From an uncultured bacterium (GTDB taxonomy: Bacteria > Pseudomonadota > Gammaproteobacteria > Burkholderiales > SG8-39), in NCBI GenBank assembly GCA_965233165.1, contig CBDDRX010000017.1, forward strand, positions 5,986 through 69,985: 64,000 bases of DNA. The letters run 5' to 3'. The notes under the pieces were generated by a model. That model ran no database searches. It had not been told where the DNA came from and saw nothing but the letters and a program-made list of their open reading frames with translations. Position 1 is the first letter of the stretch; each line of letters opens with the position of its first letter. The translations under genes were made by a program, and so were the position numbers. Shown in pieces: positions 9,099 to 17,885 of the stretch.

Positions 9099-10685
9099 AT
9101 GACGCCTTTCTCCTGGAGCAATCCGTACGCCTGGCCGCGCAAGCCGGTTCTGGCCGCCAACGCGGTGGCGACCTCCCAGCCGCTCGCCGCCCAGGCCGGC
9201 CTGCAGATGCTGGCCCAGGGCGGGAACGCCGCGGACGCCATCCTGGCCACGGCGATCACCCACACCATCGTCGAGCCGGTGTCCAACGGCAACGGCTCCG
9301 ACGCCTACGCGATCATCTGGGACGGCCGGCAGCTGCATGGGCTGAACGCCTCCGGGCGTTCCCCCGCCGCCTGGACGCCGGCGTACTTCGCCGGCAAGCA
9401 GGCGGTCCCGGTTCGCGGCTGGGATTCGGTCAGCGTGCCGGGCTGCGTCTCCGCGTGGGTCGAGGTGCACAAGCGCTTCGGCAAGCTTCCCTTCGAGAAG
9501 CTCTTCGAGCGGGCGATCCAGTACGCGCGCGAGGGCTTCCTCGTGTCGCCAACGATCGCGATGCAGTGGGCGAAGCAGGTGGACGAGCTGAAGGTGCAGC
9601 CCGGATTCGCCGGCGCGTTCATGCCGGAAGGCCGCGCGCCGCGCCCCGGCGAGCGCTTCCGCTTCCCCGCCGCGGCCGACGTGCTCGAGCAGGTCGCCCG
9701 CACGCAGGGCGAGGCGTTCTATCGCGGCGCGGTCGCGGAGAAGATCGAGGCGCACGCGAAGAAACACGGCGGGGCGATGAAAGTTTCCGATCTTGAAAGC
9801 CACAAATCGGACTGGGTCACGCCGCTGGCGATGGACTATCGCGGCTACACGCTGCACGAGATCCCGCCCAACGGCCAGGGCATCGTCGCCCTCATGGCGC
9901 TCGGGATGCTCGAGCACTTCGACCTGCGCGCCCTTCCGGTCGACGGCGTCGACAGCGTCCACCTGCAGATCGAGGCGCAGAAGCTCGCCTTCGCCGATGC
10001 CTGGCGCTACGTCGCCGATTCGGACTACATGAAAGACGTCACGCCCGCCGCCCTGCTCGACAAGGGCTATCTGAAAGACAGGGCGAAGCTGATCGACCCG
10101 AAGCGCGCGCAGGACTTCGGCGCCGGCAAGCCGCCTCAGGGCGGAACGGTCTACCTCACGGCCGCCGACGCCTCCGGGATGATGGTCTCCTTCATCCAGT
10201 CCAACTACATGGGCTTCGGCTCGGGCGTCGTCGCCGACGGCGTGTCGCTGCAGAACCGCGGGGCGACCTTCGTCCTCGGGGAAGGGCACCCGAACCGCGT
10301 CGGCCCTTCCAAGCGCCCCTACCAGACCATCATCCCGGGCTTCGTGACGAAGAACGGCGCGCCGGTGATGAGCTTCGGCGTGATGGGCGGCACCATGCAG
10401 CCGCAGGGGCACGCGCAGGTGATGGTGCGCATCGCCGACTACGGCCAGAGCCCCCAGGCGGCCTGCGACGGCCCGCGCTTTCGCTTCGTGCAGAAGCTGG
10501 ACGTCAGCGTCGAGGAAGGCCGGTTCGCGCCGGCGACCCTGGAGGGGCTGCAGGCGCGCGGGCACCGCATCGTCACCATCGACGACTACAACCAGTTCGG
10601 CAGCGCCCAGCTCCTCTGGAAGCTCGACGGCGGCTACTTCTGCGCGAGCGACCCGCGCCGCGACGGCCAGGCCGCAGGATTCTGA
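9099..10685 (+). CDS. gamma-glutamyltransferase family protein (no signal peptide)
   Basis: 528 aa. GGT-family pattern including the autoprocessing region GGTVYLTAAD and MGGTMQPQGH. The N-terminus lacks a signal peptide. Confidence 0.85.
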   Translation: MTPFSWSNPYAWPRKPVLAANAVATSQPLAAQAGLQMLAQGGNAADAILATAITHTIVEPVSNGNGSDAYAIIWDGRQLHGLNASGRSPAAWTPAYFAGKQAVPVRGWDSVSVPGCVSAWVEVHKRFGKLPFEKLFERAIQYAREGFLVSPTIAMQWAKQVDELKVQPGFAGAFMPEGRAPRPGERFRFPAAADVLEQVARTQGEAFYRGAVAEKIEAHAKKHGGAMKVSDLESHKSDWVTPLAMDYRGYTLHEIPPNGQGIVALMALGMLEHFDLRALPVDGVDSVHLQIEAQKLAFADAWRYVADSDYMKDVTPAALLDKGYLKDRAKLIDPKRAQDFGAGKPPQGGTVYLTAADASGMMVSFIQSNYMGFGSGVVADGVSLQNRGATFVLGEGHPNRVGPSKRPYQTIIPGFVTKNGAPVMSFGVMGGTMQPQGHAQVMVRIADYGQSPQAACDGPRFRFVQKLDVSVEEGRFAPATLEGLQARGHRIVTIDDYNQFGSAQLLWKLDGGYFCASDPRRDGQAAGF

Positions 10686-10695
10686 GGCGAACGCG

Positions 10696-11313
10696 ATGCT
10701 TACCCTCTGGGGCCGGGTCAACTCGGTGAACGTCAAGAAGGTGCTGTGGGCCGCGGACGAGCTCGGCCTCGAGTACGAGCGCATCGACGCGGGCCTGCAG
10801 TTCGGCGTGAACAAGACCGCCGAATACCTCGGCATGAACCCGACCGGGCTCGTGCCCACGATCCGCGACGACGGCTTCGTCCTGTGGGAATCGCACACGA
10901 TCGTGCGCTACCTCGCGGCGAAGCACGGCATGGGGACGCTCTGCCCCGCCGATCTCCAGGCACGCGCGGATGCCGAGCGCTGGATGGACTGGGCGTTCAC
11001 CCTGCAGTCGGGCGTACGTGACGCGTTCTGGCACCTGATCCGTACGCCGCCGGAGAAGCGGGACATGAAGGCGGTGGACGCGAGCCGGAAGAAAAGCGCG
11101 GAGCTGCTGGCGATCCTGGAAAAGGTTCTCTCGACGAAGCCCTATGTCGCCGGCGAGAGCTTCACCATGGGCGACATCCCGGCCGGGTGCGAGGTGCAGC
11201 GCTGGATCCGCCTGCCGGGCGAGCGCGCGCCCTTCCCGAACGTCGAGGCCTGGTTCGAGCGTCTGCGCGAGCGCGAGGCCTTCAGGAAAGCGGTCGACCT
11301 CCCCTTGACTTAG
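10696..11313 (+). CDS. glutathione S-transferase
   Basis: 205 aa. Thioredoxin-like N-domain (VPTIRDDGFVLWESHTIVRYL) and a helical C-domain. Confidence 0.85.
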   Translation: MLTLWGRVNSVNVKKVLWAADELGLEYERIDAGLQFGVNKTAEYLGMNPTGLVPTIRDDGFVLWESHTIVRYLAAKHGMGTLCPADLQARADAERWMDWAFTLQSGVRDAFWHLIRTPPEKRDMKAVDASRKKSAELLAILEKVLSTKPYVAGESFTMGDIPAGCEVQRWIRLPGERAPFPNVEAWFERLREREAFRKAVDLPLT

Positions 11314-12262
11314 CGAGCTCGCGCACCCGGGCGTAGAACGCCGGGAGCGAGCCGCTCTCGCGCAGCAGCGCCTCGAACTGCGGCACGCGCTCGTGGTACA
11401 GCGCGACGGAGACGAGGAAGCCGTTGTTCGGCTCCGCCGGCACGTTGAGCGGGTATTCCGCCCGCAGCTTCGCGAACTCCTCCGCCTTGCGCTCGCGCAT
11501 CTGCGCCTCGGGCAGGCCGCTCTCGTAGACCGCGGCGAGCCGGTCGCGCAGCTCGGTGACCTTGCGGGCGAAGGTCCTGCGGCGCGCCTGCGCGGCGCGG
11601 AAGGCCTCGAGGTCCGCCGTGCGACCCTCCGAGGCGAGCCAGCGGCGCACGCCTTCCTCTTCGACGACCACGGCGAAGGACTCGTTGAACGTGGTATCGC
11701 CGCGCGCGTAGGCGACCTGGTGCGCCAGCTCGTGGAAGATCAGGCGCGCGAGCTGCGCGTCCGGGTAGCCGATGAAGCTCGAGAGCAGCGGATCGTCGAA
11801 CCAGCCGAGCGTGGAGTAGGCCGGGACACCGCCCGCATGCACGTCGAAGCCCTCGCCTTTCAGGCGCGCCGCGTACCGCTTCGCCGCCTCGTCGGAGAAG
11901 AAGCCGCGATAGCTCACGCAGCCGGCGAACGGAAAGCACTCGCGCCGCGGCCGGACCGAGAACTCCGGCGCGGCGAAGACGTTCCAGATCACGAACGCCC
12001 GCCCGAGCTCCGCGTAGGACGTATAGCTGCCGTTGTCGGGCAGCGCGAGCTCGCGCGAGGCGAACGCGCGGATGCGCCGCGCCGCCGCCAGCCGGTCGCG
12101 TAGCGCGGGCGGCGTGGCGGGGTCGGCAAGCCAGGCCTCGATCGGCCGCGCAGCCGCCATGATCTCCAGGTGCCCGCCGATCGCCTGGCGGTAGTAGCCG
12201 AGCGTTTCGCATCCCGCCAGCCACGGCAGGAGCAGGAGCAGGGAAAGGAGCGTGCGGATCAC
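11282..12262 (-). CDS. putative lipoprotein zinc aminopeptidase (DUF2265-like)
   Basis: GTG 12262 overlaps the upstream stop (GTGA). Lipobox LLLLLPWLAGC and zinc motif FHELAHQ. The 558-aa track ORF over-extends through the upstream gene. Family name is from memory. Confidence 0.7.
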   Translation of the reverse strand: MIRTLLSLLLLLPWLAGCETLGYYRQAIGGHLEIMAAARPIEAWLADPATPPALRDRLAAARRIRAFASRELALPDNGSYTSYAELGRAFVIWNVFAAPEFSVRPRRECFPFAGCVSYRGFFSDEAAKRYAARLKGEGFDVHAGGVPAYSTLGWFDDPLLSSFIGYPDAQLARLIFHELAHQVAYARGDTTFNESFAVVVEEEGVRRWLASEGRTADLEAFRAAQARRRTFARKVTELRDRLAAVYESGLPEAQMRERKAEEFAKLRAEYPLNVPAEPNNGFLVSVALYHERVPQFEALLRESGSLPAFYARVRELAKSRGGRPLS

Positions 12263-12879
12263 TCGAACCGCCCGGTGGAGAGAAATGCGGTCGCGAGGCG
12301 CGCGACGCGGGCGGAGACGATGAGGCCGCTGTGGCCGATCGGCACCAGCGCCCGGCAGGCCATGCCCTCCACGCCGGTCTCGGCCACGCACACCACGCCG
12401 TCGTTCTGTCCCGGGAGCCGGCCGAAGGCCCGTCCGAGGCCGAGCGGCACCGTGCCGGCGACGATGCCGAGCGGCTCGGCGCGGCGCCAGGCGGCCGGGC
12501 GCTCTTCCCATAGCGCGCTCGTCGCGCCCAGCATCCAGCGGCCGAAGCGCGCCAGGCCGAAGCGCCGCCCCGCGAAGCAGCCGCGCACCGGCGCCCCGAC
12601 GAGCAGCGCCGAGGACGCCGTCGCCTCCGGATGCCGGCACAGCGTCTCGAGGACCAGCAGGCCGCCGAGGCTGTGGCCGACGAAATGCGCGCGCGGGATT
12701 TCTTGCGCCAGCCGCGCCAGGCGCTCGACGTTGGCGTCGAACGGGCTGCGTCCCCGGTACGAGAAGACATGCGTTGCGTAGCCGGCCCGGGCAAGCTTGG
12801 CCGCGAGGTAGGTCATGGCCGCCGCCGGCATCCACAGTCCCGGCACGAGAACGACGTGCTGCGCCACCTTCCCGTTCAA
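12259..12879 (-). CDS. alpha/beta hydrolase
   Basis: TTG start overlapping the upstream stop. 206 aa with nucleophile elbow GHSLGG. Confidence 0.75.
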   Translation of the reverse strand: MNGKVAQHVVLVPGLWMPAAAMTYLAAKLARAGYATHVFSYRGRSPFDANVERLARLAQEIPRAHFVGHSLGGLLVLETLCRHPEATASSALLVGAPVRGCFAGRRFGLARFGRWMLGATSALWEERPAAWRRAEPLGIVAGTVPLGLGRAFGRLPGQNDGVVCVAETGVEGMACRALVPIGHSGLIVSARVARLATAFLSTGRFE

Positions 12880-13154
12880 TCTCCCGTGCGGGCGAAGATC
12901 GCGCTCGCGCGCACGATGCGGCGGCTGTCCGCGACCAGATAGCAGTTCGCGAAGGCAAGGCGCGTGCCCATGCGCTGGATCTCCACCTCGGCCTCGATCC
13001 AGTCGCCGACGCGCGCCGCGCCGGCGAAATCGACCGCGAGGTGCGCGGTGACGAAGGAGGCCTTGCCGCCCGACTTCGCGTAGAGCGGCCCGACCAGCGC
13101 GTTGAACGGGCTGAGGCGCCCGAGGGTACGGAACCCGGCCGGCGCTCGCTTCAT
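12876..13154 (-). CDS. PaaI/hotdog-fold thioesterase-like protein, unusually short (92 aa)
   Basis: ATGA overlap with the citE-like stop. The ends match PaaI-type thioesterases (GFRTLGRLSPFNALVGPLY ... VDFAGAARVGDWIEAEVEIQRMGTRLAFANCYL). The central segment that normally carries the HGG region appears to be missing. Confidence 0.5.
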   Translation of the reverse strand: MKRAPAGFRTLGRLSPFNALVGPLYAKSGGKASFVTAHLAVDFAGAARVGDWIEAEVEIQRMGTRLAFANCYLVADSRRIVRASAIFARTGD

Positions 13155-14038
13155 TTCGCCTTCATCGCGTCGAGCAGCGCCTGGGCGCGGTAGGCGATCG
13201 GATAGTCGACCATCTGGCCGTCGACCACGATCGCCGCCGCGCCGCGCGCTTCGGCTTCGCGGAAGGCGGCGACGATCCGCGCCGCCTGCGCCAGCTCCTC
13301 GGCGCCCGGCATGTACGCGGCGTTGACCGGCGCGATCTGGTCGGGATGGATGCACAGGCGCCCCTGGAAGCCGCCGCGCCGGCTGCGCTCGAGCGCGCGC
13401 TGGAAGCCGCCCGGCTCCTTGAGGTGGAACCAGGGGCTGTCGAGCGGGTTCTCGAGCCCGGCGGCACGCGAGATCATGACCAGGCGCGCGCGCGCCTCGG
13501 CGAGCTCCGGCTCGTCCATGGAGACCGCCAGGCCGACGTCGTTGGCGAAATCCGCCGCGCCGAACGCCACGCGCCTCACGCGCCAGGGCGCGGGCTTGTA
13601 GGTGCGCAGGCTCCCGGCCTGGACGATCCGCTCGATGCGCTGCACCCCCGCCGCGGTCTCGAGCTGCGGGATCAGGTCGATCGCGCCCTCGGGAATGCCG
13701 TGCTCGCGCTCCAGGTTCGAGAGCATCCAGTCGATGGCGTGCAGCTCCGCCGCGCTCTCGACCTTGGGGAGCACGACGCCCTCGACGCCCTTGCGCACCG
13801 TGCCGATCAGGTCGGCGTAGCAGAAGGGCGTCGACGCGGCGTTGACGCGCACATAGAGGCGCGGCTTGCGCGGCTTTCCCACCGCTTCGGCAATCAGCTT
13901 GCGCGCCGCCGGCTTGTCCGACGCCGCGACCGAGTCCTCGAGGTCGAGGATGACCGCGTCGGCATCCAGCGTGAGCGCCTTCTCGACGCGGCGCGCCACG
14001 TTGCCGGGCGCGAAGAGGTACGAGCGGTTCAGTGGCAT
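13151..14038 (-). CDS. HpcH/HpaI aldolase / CitE-family acyl-CoA lyase
   Basis: 295 aa from ATG 14038 (MPLNRSYLFAPG...ILDLEDSV...). Matches the citrate lyase beta / malyl-CoA lyase-like family. The 565-aa track ORF is an over-extension. Confidence 0.85.
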   Translation of the reverse strand: MPLNRSYLFAPGNVARRVEKALTLDADAVILDLEDSVAASDKPAARKLIAEAVGKPRKPRLYVRVNAASTPFCYADLIGTVRKGVEGVVLPKVESAAELHAIDWMLSNLEREHGIPEGAIDLIPQLETAAGVQRIERIVQAGSLRTYKPAPWRVRRVAFGAADFANDVGLAVSMDEPELAEARARLVMISRAAGLENPLDSPWFHLKEPGGFQRALERSRRGGFQGRLCIHPDQIAPVNAAYMPGAEELAQAARIVAAFREAEARGAAAIVVDGQMVDYPIAYRAQALLDAMKAK

Positions 14039-14046
14039 CGGGATCC

Positions 14047-15219
14047 TTACTTGAGCAGGCGCCGGTCTTCCCAGGCGGGATACGGCAGGACGGGTTGCGC
14101 GGTGGCGATGCGCTCGGGGGCGACGATCTCGCGCCGGCCAAGGAGGACCTGCACGACCACCGGCTGCGCCGCCGTTTGCGCGCCGCTTGCCGGATCCACC
14201 TTGTAGGTGCCCAGGACCGTCTCGATCTGCATCGACGCGAGCGCGGCCCGCAGCGCGCGCGGCTCCGCGCTCTTCGCGCGGCGGATCCCCGCGGCGAGGA
14301 CGGTCCCGGCCGCGTAGCCCTCGGCGGCGGCGACGCCCGGGACGCGCTGCCACTTCCCCTCGAAGGCGCGCGCGAAGGCCTCCGAGCCCGGGCGTTGCGG
14401 GTGATACGCGCTCGCGCCCATCGAGAATTCGGCGTCCTGGCCGACCAGGTCGAGGAGCCGGAGGTCCGCCACGCCGCGCACGAACGCCATCTTCGGCGCG
14501 TAGCGGAGGCTGCGGAACGCCTTGATCATCTCCGCTGCGTCGTTGACGTCGCCGAACGCGATCCAGGCCTCGACGCCGGCGTCCCGGGCCAGGGTCGCAA
14601 GAGGCAGGAAGTCGAGCGTGCCCGCCGGATAGCGCACGATCTCGCCGGCGACGATCCCCAGGCGCGCCGCCGCTTCGGCGGCGGCGCTGGCCATCTCGAG
14701 CGACGCCGGATCCTCGCGCGCAAGGATCAGGGCGCTTTTCATCGAACGGCTGCGCGCCAGCTCCAGCACCGGGGTGCCGTAGGCGCCATAGGGCACGGCG
14801 GACTGGAAGACGAAGCGCGGCGTGCGCTTGTGGACGACGCTCGACCATCCGGCGCCGTTGATCATGACGCGCGGCGCGCTTTCCGCTTCCGCGGCGCCGA
14901 CCAGCGTGGCGGCGGTGCCATAGGGACCGATCAGCGCTTCGGCTTTCTCGCGCAGGAGCTGCCGGTACAGCGCGCCCGCGCGGGCGGCTTCCGATCCGTC
15001 GTCGAGCATGCGCAGCGCGACCTGGCGGCCGAGGAGGCCGCCGGCGGCGTTCACCTCGTCGCGCCAGAGCTCGATGCCGCGGCCGTAGTCGGCGGCAAGG
15101 TCGGCGTGGGCGCCGGTCTGCGAGACCACCGCGCCGACCACGAGCACGCCCTGCGCCTGCGCGCCGCCCGCGAAAAGGACGAGGACGGCGGCGAGCGCCC
15201 TAGTAAGCGACGCGGTCAT
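14047..15219 (-). CDS. periplasmic substrate-binding protein (Leu/Ile/Val-type ABC SBP family)
   Basis: Signal peptide ALAAVLVLFAGGAQAQG and type-1 PBP pattern (VVGAVVSQTGAHADLAADYGRGIELW). No cognate permease or ATPase is adjacent. Confidence 0.8.
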   Translation of the reverse strand: MTASLTRALAAVLVLFAGGAQAQGVLVVGAVVSQTGAHADLAADYGRGIELWRDEVNAAGGLLGRQVALRMLDDGSEAARAGALYRQLLREKAEALIGPYGTAATLVGAAEAESAPRVMINGAGWSSVVHKRTPRFVFQSAVPYGAYGTPVLELARSRSMKSALILAREDPASLEMASAAAEAAARLGIVAGEIVRYPAGTLDFLPLATLARDAGVEAWIAFGDVNDAAEMIKAFRSLRYAPKMAFVRGVADLRLLDLVGQDAEFSMGASAYHPQRPGSEAFARAFEGKWQRVPGVAAAEGYAAGTVLAAGIRRAKSAEPRALRAALASMQIETVLGTYKVDPASGAQTAAQPVVVQVLLGRREIVAPERIATAQPVLPYPAWEDRRLLK

Positions 15220-15718
15220 CCACGGCGTGGCCGCGCATGGGGATCAGCGCGGAGCGCTCGAAGGTCATGAAGACGGTGCCGTCGGCCTTGCGGCCGCTGG
15301 TGCGCACGGTGACGATGCCGTGGTGCGGCCGCGAGCCGGACTCGCGCTTGCCGATGACCTCGGACTCGGCGTAGATCGTGTCGCCGGCGAATACCGGCGC
15401 GGTGAGGCGGATCTTGTCCCAGCCGAGGTTGGCGACCGTCTTCTGGCTGACGTCGGAAACGCTCATGCCGGTGACGATCGCGAGCGTCAGGCACGAGTTC
15501 ACCAGCGGGCGGCCGAAATCGGTCGCCGCGCCGTACTGCGCGTCGATGTGCAGGGGATGCTGGTTCATCGTCAGGAGCGAGAACCAGGTGTTGTCCGCCT
15601 CGCTGAGCGTCCTGCCCGGGCGGTGCTCGTACACGTGGCCGACCTCGAAGTCCTCGAAGTAGCGGCCGGCCGATTCGCGAAAGCGCTTCGGCCCGACTTC
15701 CTTTGCGCGGCTGACCAT
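15200..15718 (-). CDS. MaoC-family enoyl-CoA hydratase/dehydratase
   Basis: 172 aa hotdog-fold protein (TLSEADNTWFSLLTMNQHPLHIDAQY). Its 3' end overlaps the SBP start by 20 nt. Confidence 0.85.
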   Translation of the reverse strand: MVSRAKEVGPKRFRESAGRYFEDFEVGHVYEHRPGRTLSEADNTWFSLLTMNQHPLHIDAQYGAATDFGRPLVNSCLTLAIVTGMSVSDVSQKTVANLGWDKIRLTAPVFAGDTIYAESEVIGKRESGSRPHHGIVTVRTSGRKADGTVFMTFERSALIPMRGHAVDDRVAY

Positions 15719-15732
15719 AAGAGAATCCCTCG

Positions 15733-17109
15733 ATGACGATGCAAACTGCGCTGGCCGACATTGTAGGGGCTGCCCACGTCCTCACCAGCCCCGCGGACAC
15801 GAAACCGTTCCTGACCGACTGGCGCAGGCAGTACACCGGGACGGCCGAGTGCGTCGTGCGCCCCGCGGACACCGCGCAGGTCGCCGCGGTGGTTCGCCTT
15901 TGCGCCGCCGAAGGCGTCGCCATCGTCGCCCAGGGCGGAAACACCGGCCTGTCCGGCGGCTCGGTGCCCGTGGCCGGGCGACGCCAGATCGTCCTCGCCC
16001 TTTCGCGGATGAGCCGCATCCGCGAAGTCGACGCGCTCAACGACACGATGACCGTCGAAGCCGGCTGCGTCCTGGCGGCGATCCAGGCGGCCGCCGACGC
16101 CGCGGGCCGGCTGTTCCCCCTTTCGCTCGCCGCGGAAGGCAGCTGCCAGATCGGCGGCAACCTCTCGACCAACGCCGGCGGCGTGAACGTCCTGCGCTAC
16201 GGCATGGCGCGCGAGCAGGTGCTCGGCCTGGAGGTGGTGCTCCCCGACGGCAGGATCTGGGAAGGGCTGCGCGCCCTGCGCAAGGACAACACCGGCTACG
16301 ACATGAAGCAGGTCTTCCTCGGCGCGGAGGGAACGCTCGGCATCATCACGGCCGCGGTCCTCAAGCTGCATCCGCGGCCCGCCGCGAGCGTGACGGCCTG
16401 GATCGCGCTGGAAAGCCCTTTGCGCGCAGTCGAGCTGCTCGCCCTGCTGCGCGGGCGGCTCGGCGAGCGGATCAGCGCCTTCGAGCTCCTCTCGCGCGCC
16501 TGCCTCGAGGCCGTGCTGCGCCACGCGCCGGGGATCCGCGATCCGCTCCCCGCGCCGCATCCATGGTACGTGCTTGCCGAGATCGCGGACAGCGGCGAGG
16601 CGGCGGCGCTGCGCGAGCAGGTCGAGCGCTCGCTCCTCGAGTGCACGGAGGCGGGCGGGCTCCTCGACGCGGTGCTCGCGCAGAGCGGGGCGCAGGCGCG
16701 CGAGCTGTGGCGGATCCGCGAGACGATCCCGGAAGCGCAGTTCACCAACGTCAAGCACGACATCTCGGTCGCGGTGTCGAAGACCCCGGAGCTGATCGAG
16801 CGCACGGAGCGCGCGCTCCGCGCGGCCTTCCCCGGCGCGCAGCCCTATGTCTTCGGCCATGTCGGCGACGGCAACCTGCACTACAACATCGGCCCGGAGA
16901 GCCTGGTGGCGCAGCGGGCCGCCGTCAATCGCGTCGTCTACGACGCGGTCGCGGCGCTCGGCGGCTCGATTTCCGCGGAGCACGGCCTCGGCCAGCTGCG
17001 GCGCGAAGAGGTGCGCCGCCACAAGAGCGCCGTGGAGCTCGACCTGATGCGCGCGCTCAAGGGCGCGCTCGACCCGCAGGGGCTGATGAACCCCGGCAAG
17101 GTCCTCTAG
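15733..17109 (+). CDS. FAD-binding oxidoreductase (GlcD / D-2-hydroxyacid dehydrogenase family)
   Basis: 458 aa. FAD PCMH domain (VVRPADTAQVAAVVRLCAAEGVAIVAQGGNTGLSGGSVP) and a C-terminus with AEHGLGQLR...LMNPGKV. Confidence 0.85.
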   Translation: MTMQTALADIVGAAHVLTSPADTKPFLTDWRRQYTGTAECVVRPADTAQVAAVVRLCAAEGVAIVAQGGNTGLSGGSVPVAGRRQIVLALSRMSRIREVDALNDTMTVEAGCVLAAIQAAADAAGRLFPLSLAAEGSCQIGGNLSTNAGGVNVLRYGMAREQVLGLEVVLPDGRIWEGLRALRKDNTGYDMKQVFLGAEGTLGIITAAVLKLHPRPAASVTAWIALESPLRAVELLALLRGRLGERISAFELLSRACLEAVLRHAPGIRDPLPAPHPWYVLAEIADSGEAAALREQVERSLLECTEAGGLLDAVLAQSGAQARELWRIRETIPEAQFTNVKHDISVAVSKTPELIERTERALRAAFPGAQPYVFGHVGDGNLHYNIGPESLVAQRAAVNRVVYDAVAALGGSISAEHGLGQLRREEVRRHKSAVELDLMRALKGALDPQGLMNPGKVL

Positions 17110-17885
17110 CGCTTCTTCAGGACGAGCGGCGCGCCCGCCAGGGTCCCGGCGATCGCGTCCGCCGCGATGCGGCCTTCAAAGCGCGCGCCTTGCACCTCCC
17201 AGGCGATGTGGCGGCCGGAAAGCGCAGCGCGGGAGACCGGGACCGGCTGCCCGTCGCGGCGCGCCTCGACCTCGATCTGCTGGAAATTCTGATGCACGAG
17301 GAATTCCCAGCCGCCGCCGGCCCAGCGCCCGCGCGCGTTCGCGGGAACGACCCACAGATGCACGGTGCTGGTGTCGCCCTGCCCTTCATGGCGCTGCGCG
17401 ATGCGCATCGTGTGGCTGCGGTCGGGCGGCCAGCCGGTCATGCCGAACGCGTGGGAGACGATCCGCGTACCGGGCGCCAGCTCCTCGAGCAGCCGCGGCT
17501 GCAGGCGGTTGATGAGCGAGGGCAGCAGGTAGACCGTCACCACGCTCGCCTCGGCGAACTGCGCCAGCAGGACGTCGCCGTGCACGAAGCGCACGCGATC
17601 GGCGACCTTCTCCGCCTCGGCGTTGCGACGCGAGGCTTCGACCAGCGCGGGATCGAGCTCGATGCCCAGGCCCCGCGCGCCGAAATGCTTCGCCGCCGCG
17701 ATCGGGATCCGGCCGTCTCCGGAGCCCAGGTCCGCGACAAGGTCCTGCGCCGAGGTCCCGGCGAAGCGCAGCATTTCGACGACCACGTCCGACGGCGTGG
17801 TGATGAACGGCGGCCGCTCGGCTTCCTGCGCGCCCGCGGCCGCGCAAAGCACTGCAAGGAACCCGGCCAGGACCAGGGCCCTCAT
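17106..17885 (-). CDS. class I SAM-dependent methyltransferase with N-terminal signal peptide
   Basis: ATGA overlap with the TlpA stop. Signal-like N-terminus MRALVLAGFLAVLCAAAGA/QE. SAM motif I VADLGSGDGRI followed by GIELD. An extra C-terminal domain of about 90 aa. Confidence 0.7.
   Translation of the reverse strand: MRALVLAGFLAVLCAAAGAQEAERPPFITTPSDVVVEMLRFAGTSAQDLVADLGSGDGRIPIAAAKHFGARGLGIELDPALVEASRRNAEAEKVADRVRFVHGDVLLAQFAEASVVTVYLLPSLINRLQPRLLEELAPGTRIVSHAFGMTGWPPDRSHTMRIAQRHEGQGDTSTVHLWVVPANARGRWAGGGWEFLVHQNFQQIEVEARRDGQPVPVSRAALSGRHIAWEVQGARFEGRIAADAIAGTLAGAPLVLKKR

Noticed and set aside
13135-13160. My nucleotide count around 13140 disagreed by 1 nt with the ORF-track coordinates, hinting at a frameshift between the citE-like and thioesterase genes.
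   Set aside because: Coordinates checked downstream (for example 32103, 42796, 54736 and 61668) agree with the track, so this is most likely my local miscount. The track arithmetic (ATGA overlap at 13151-13154) was used.
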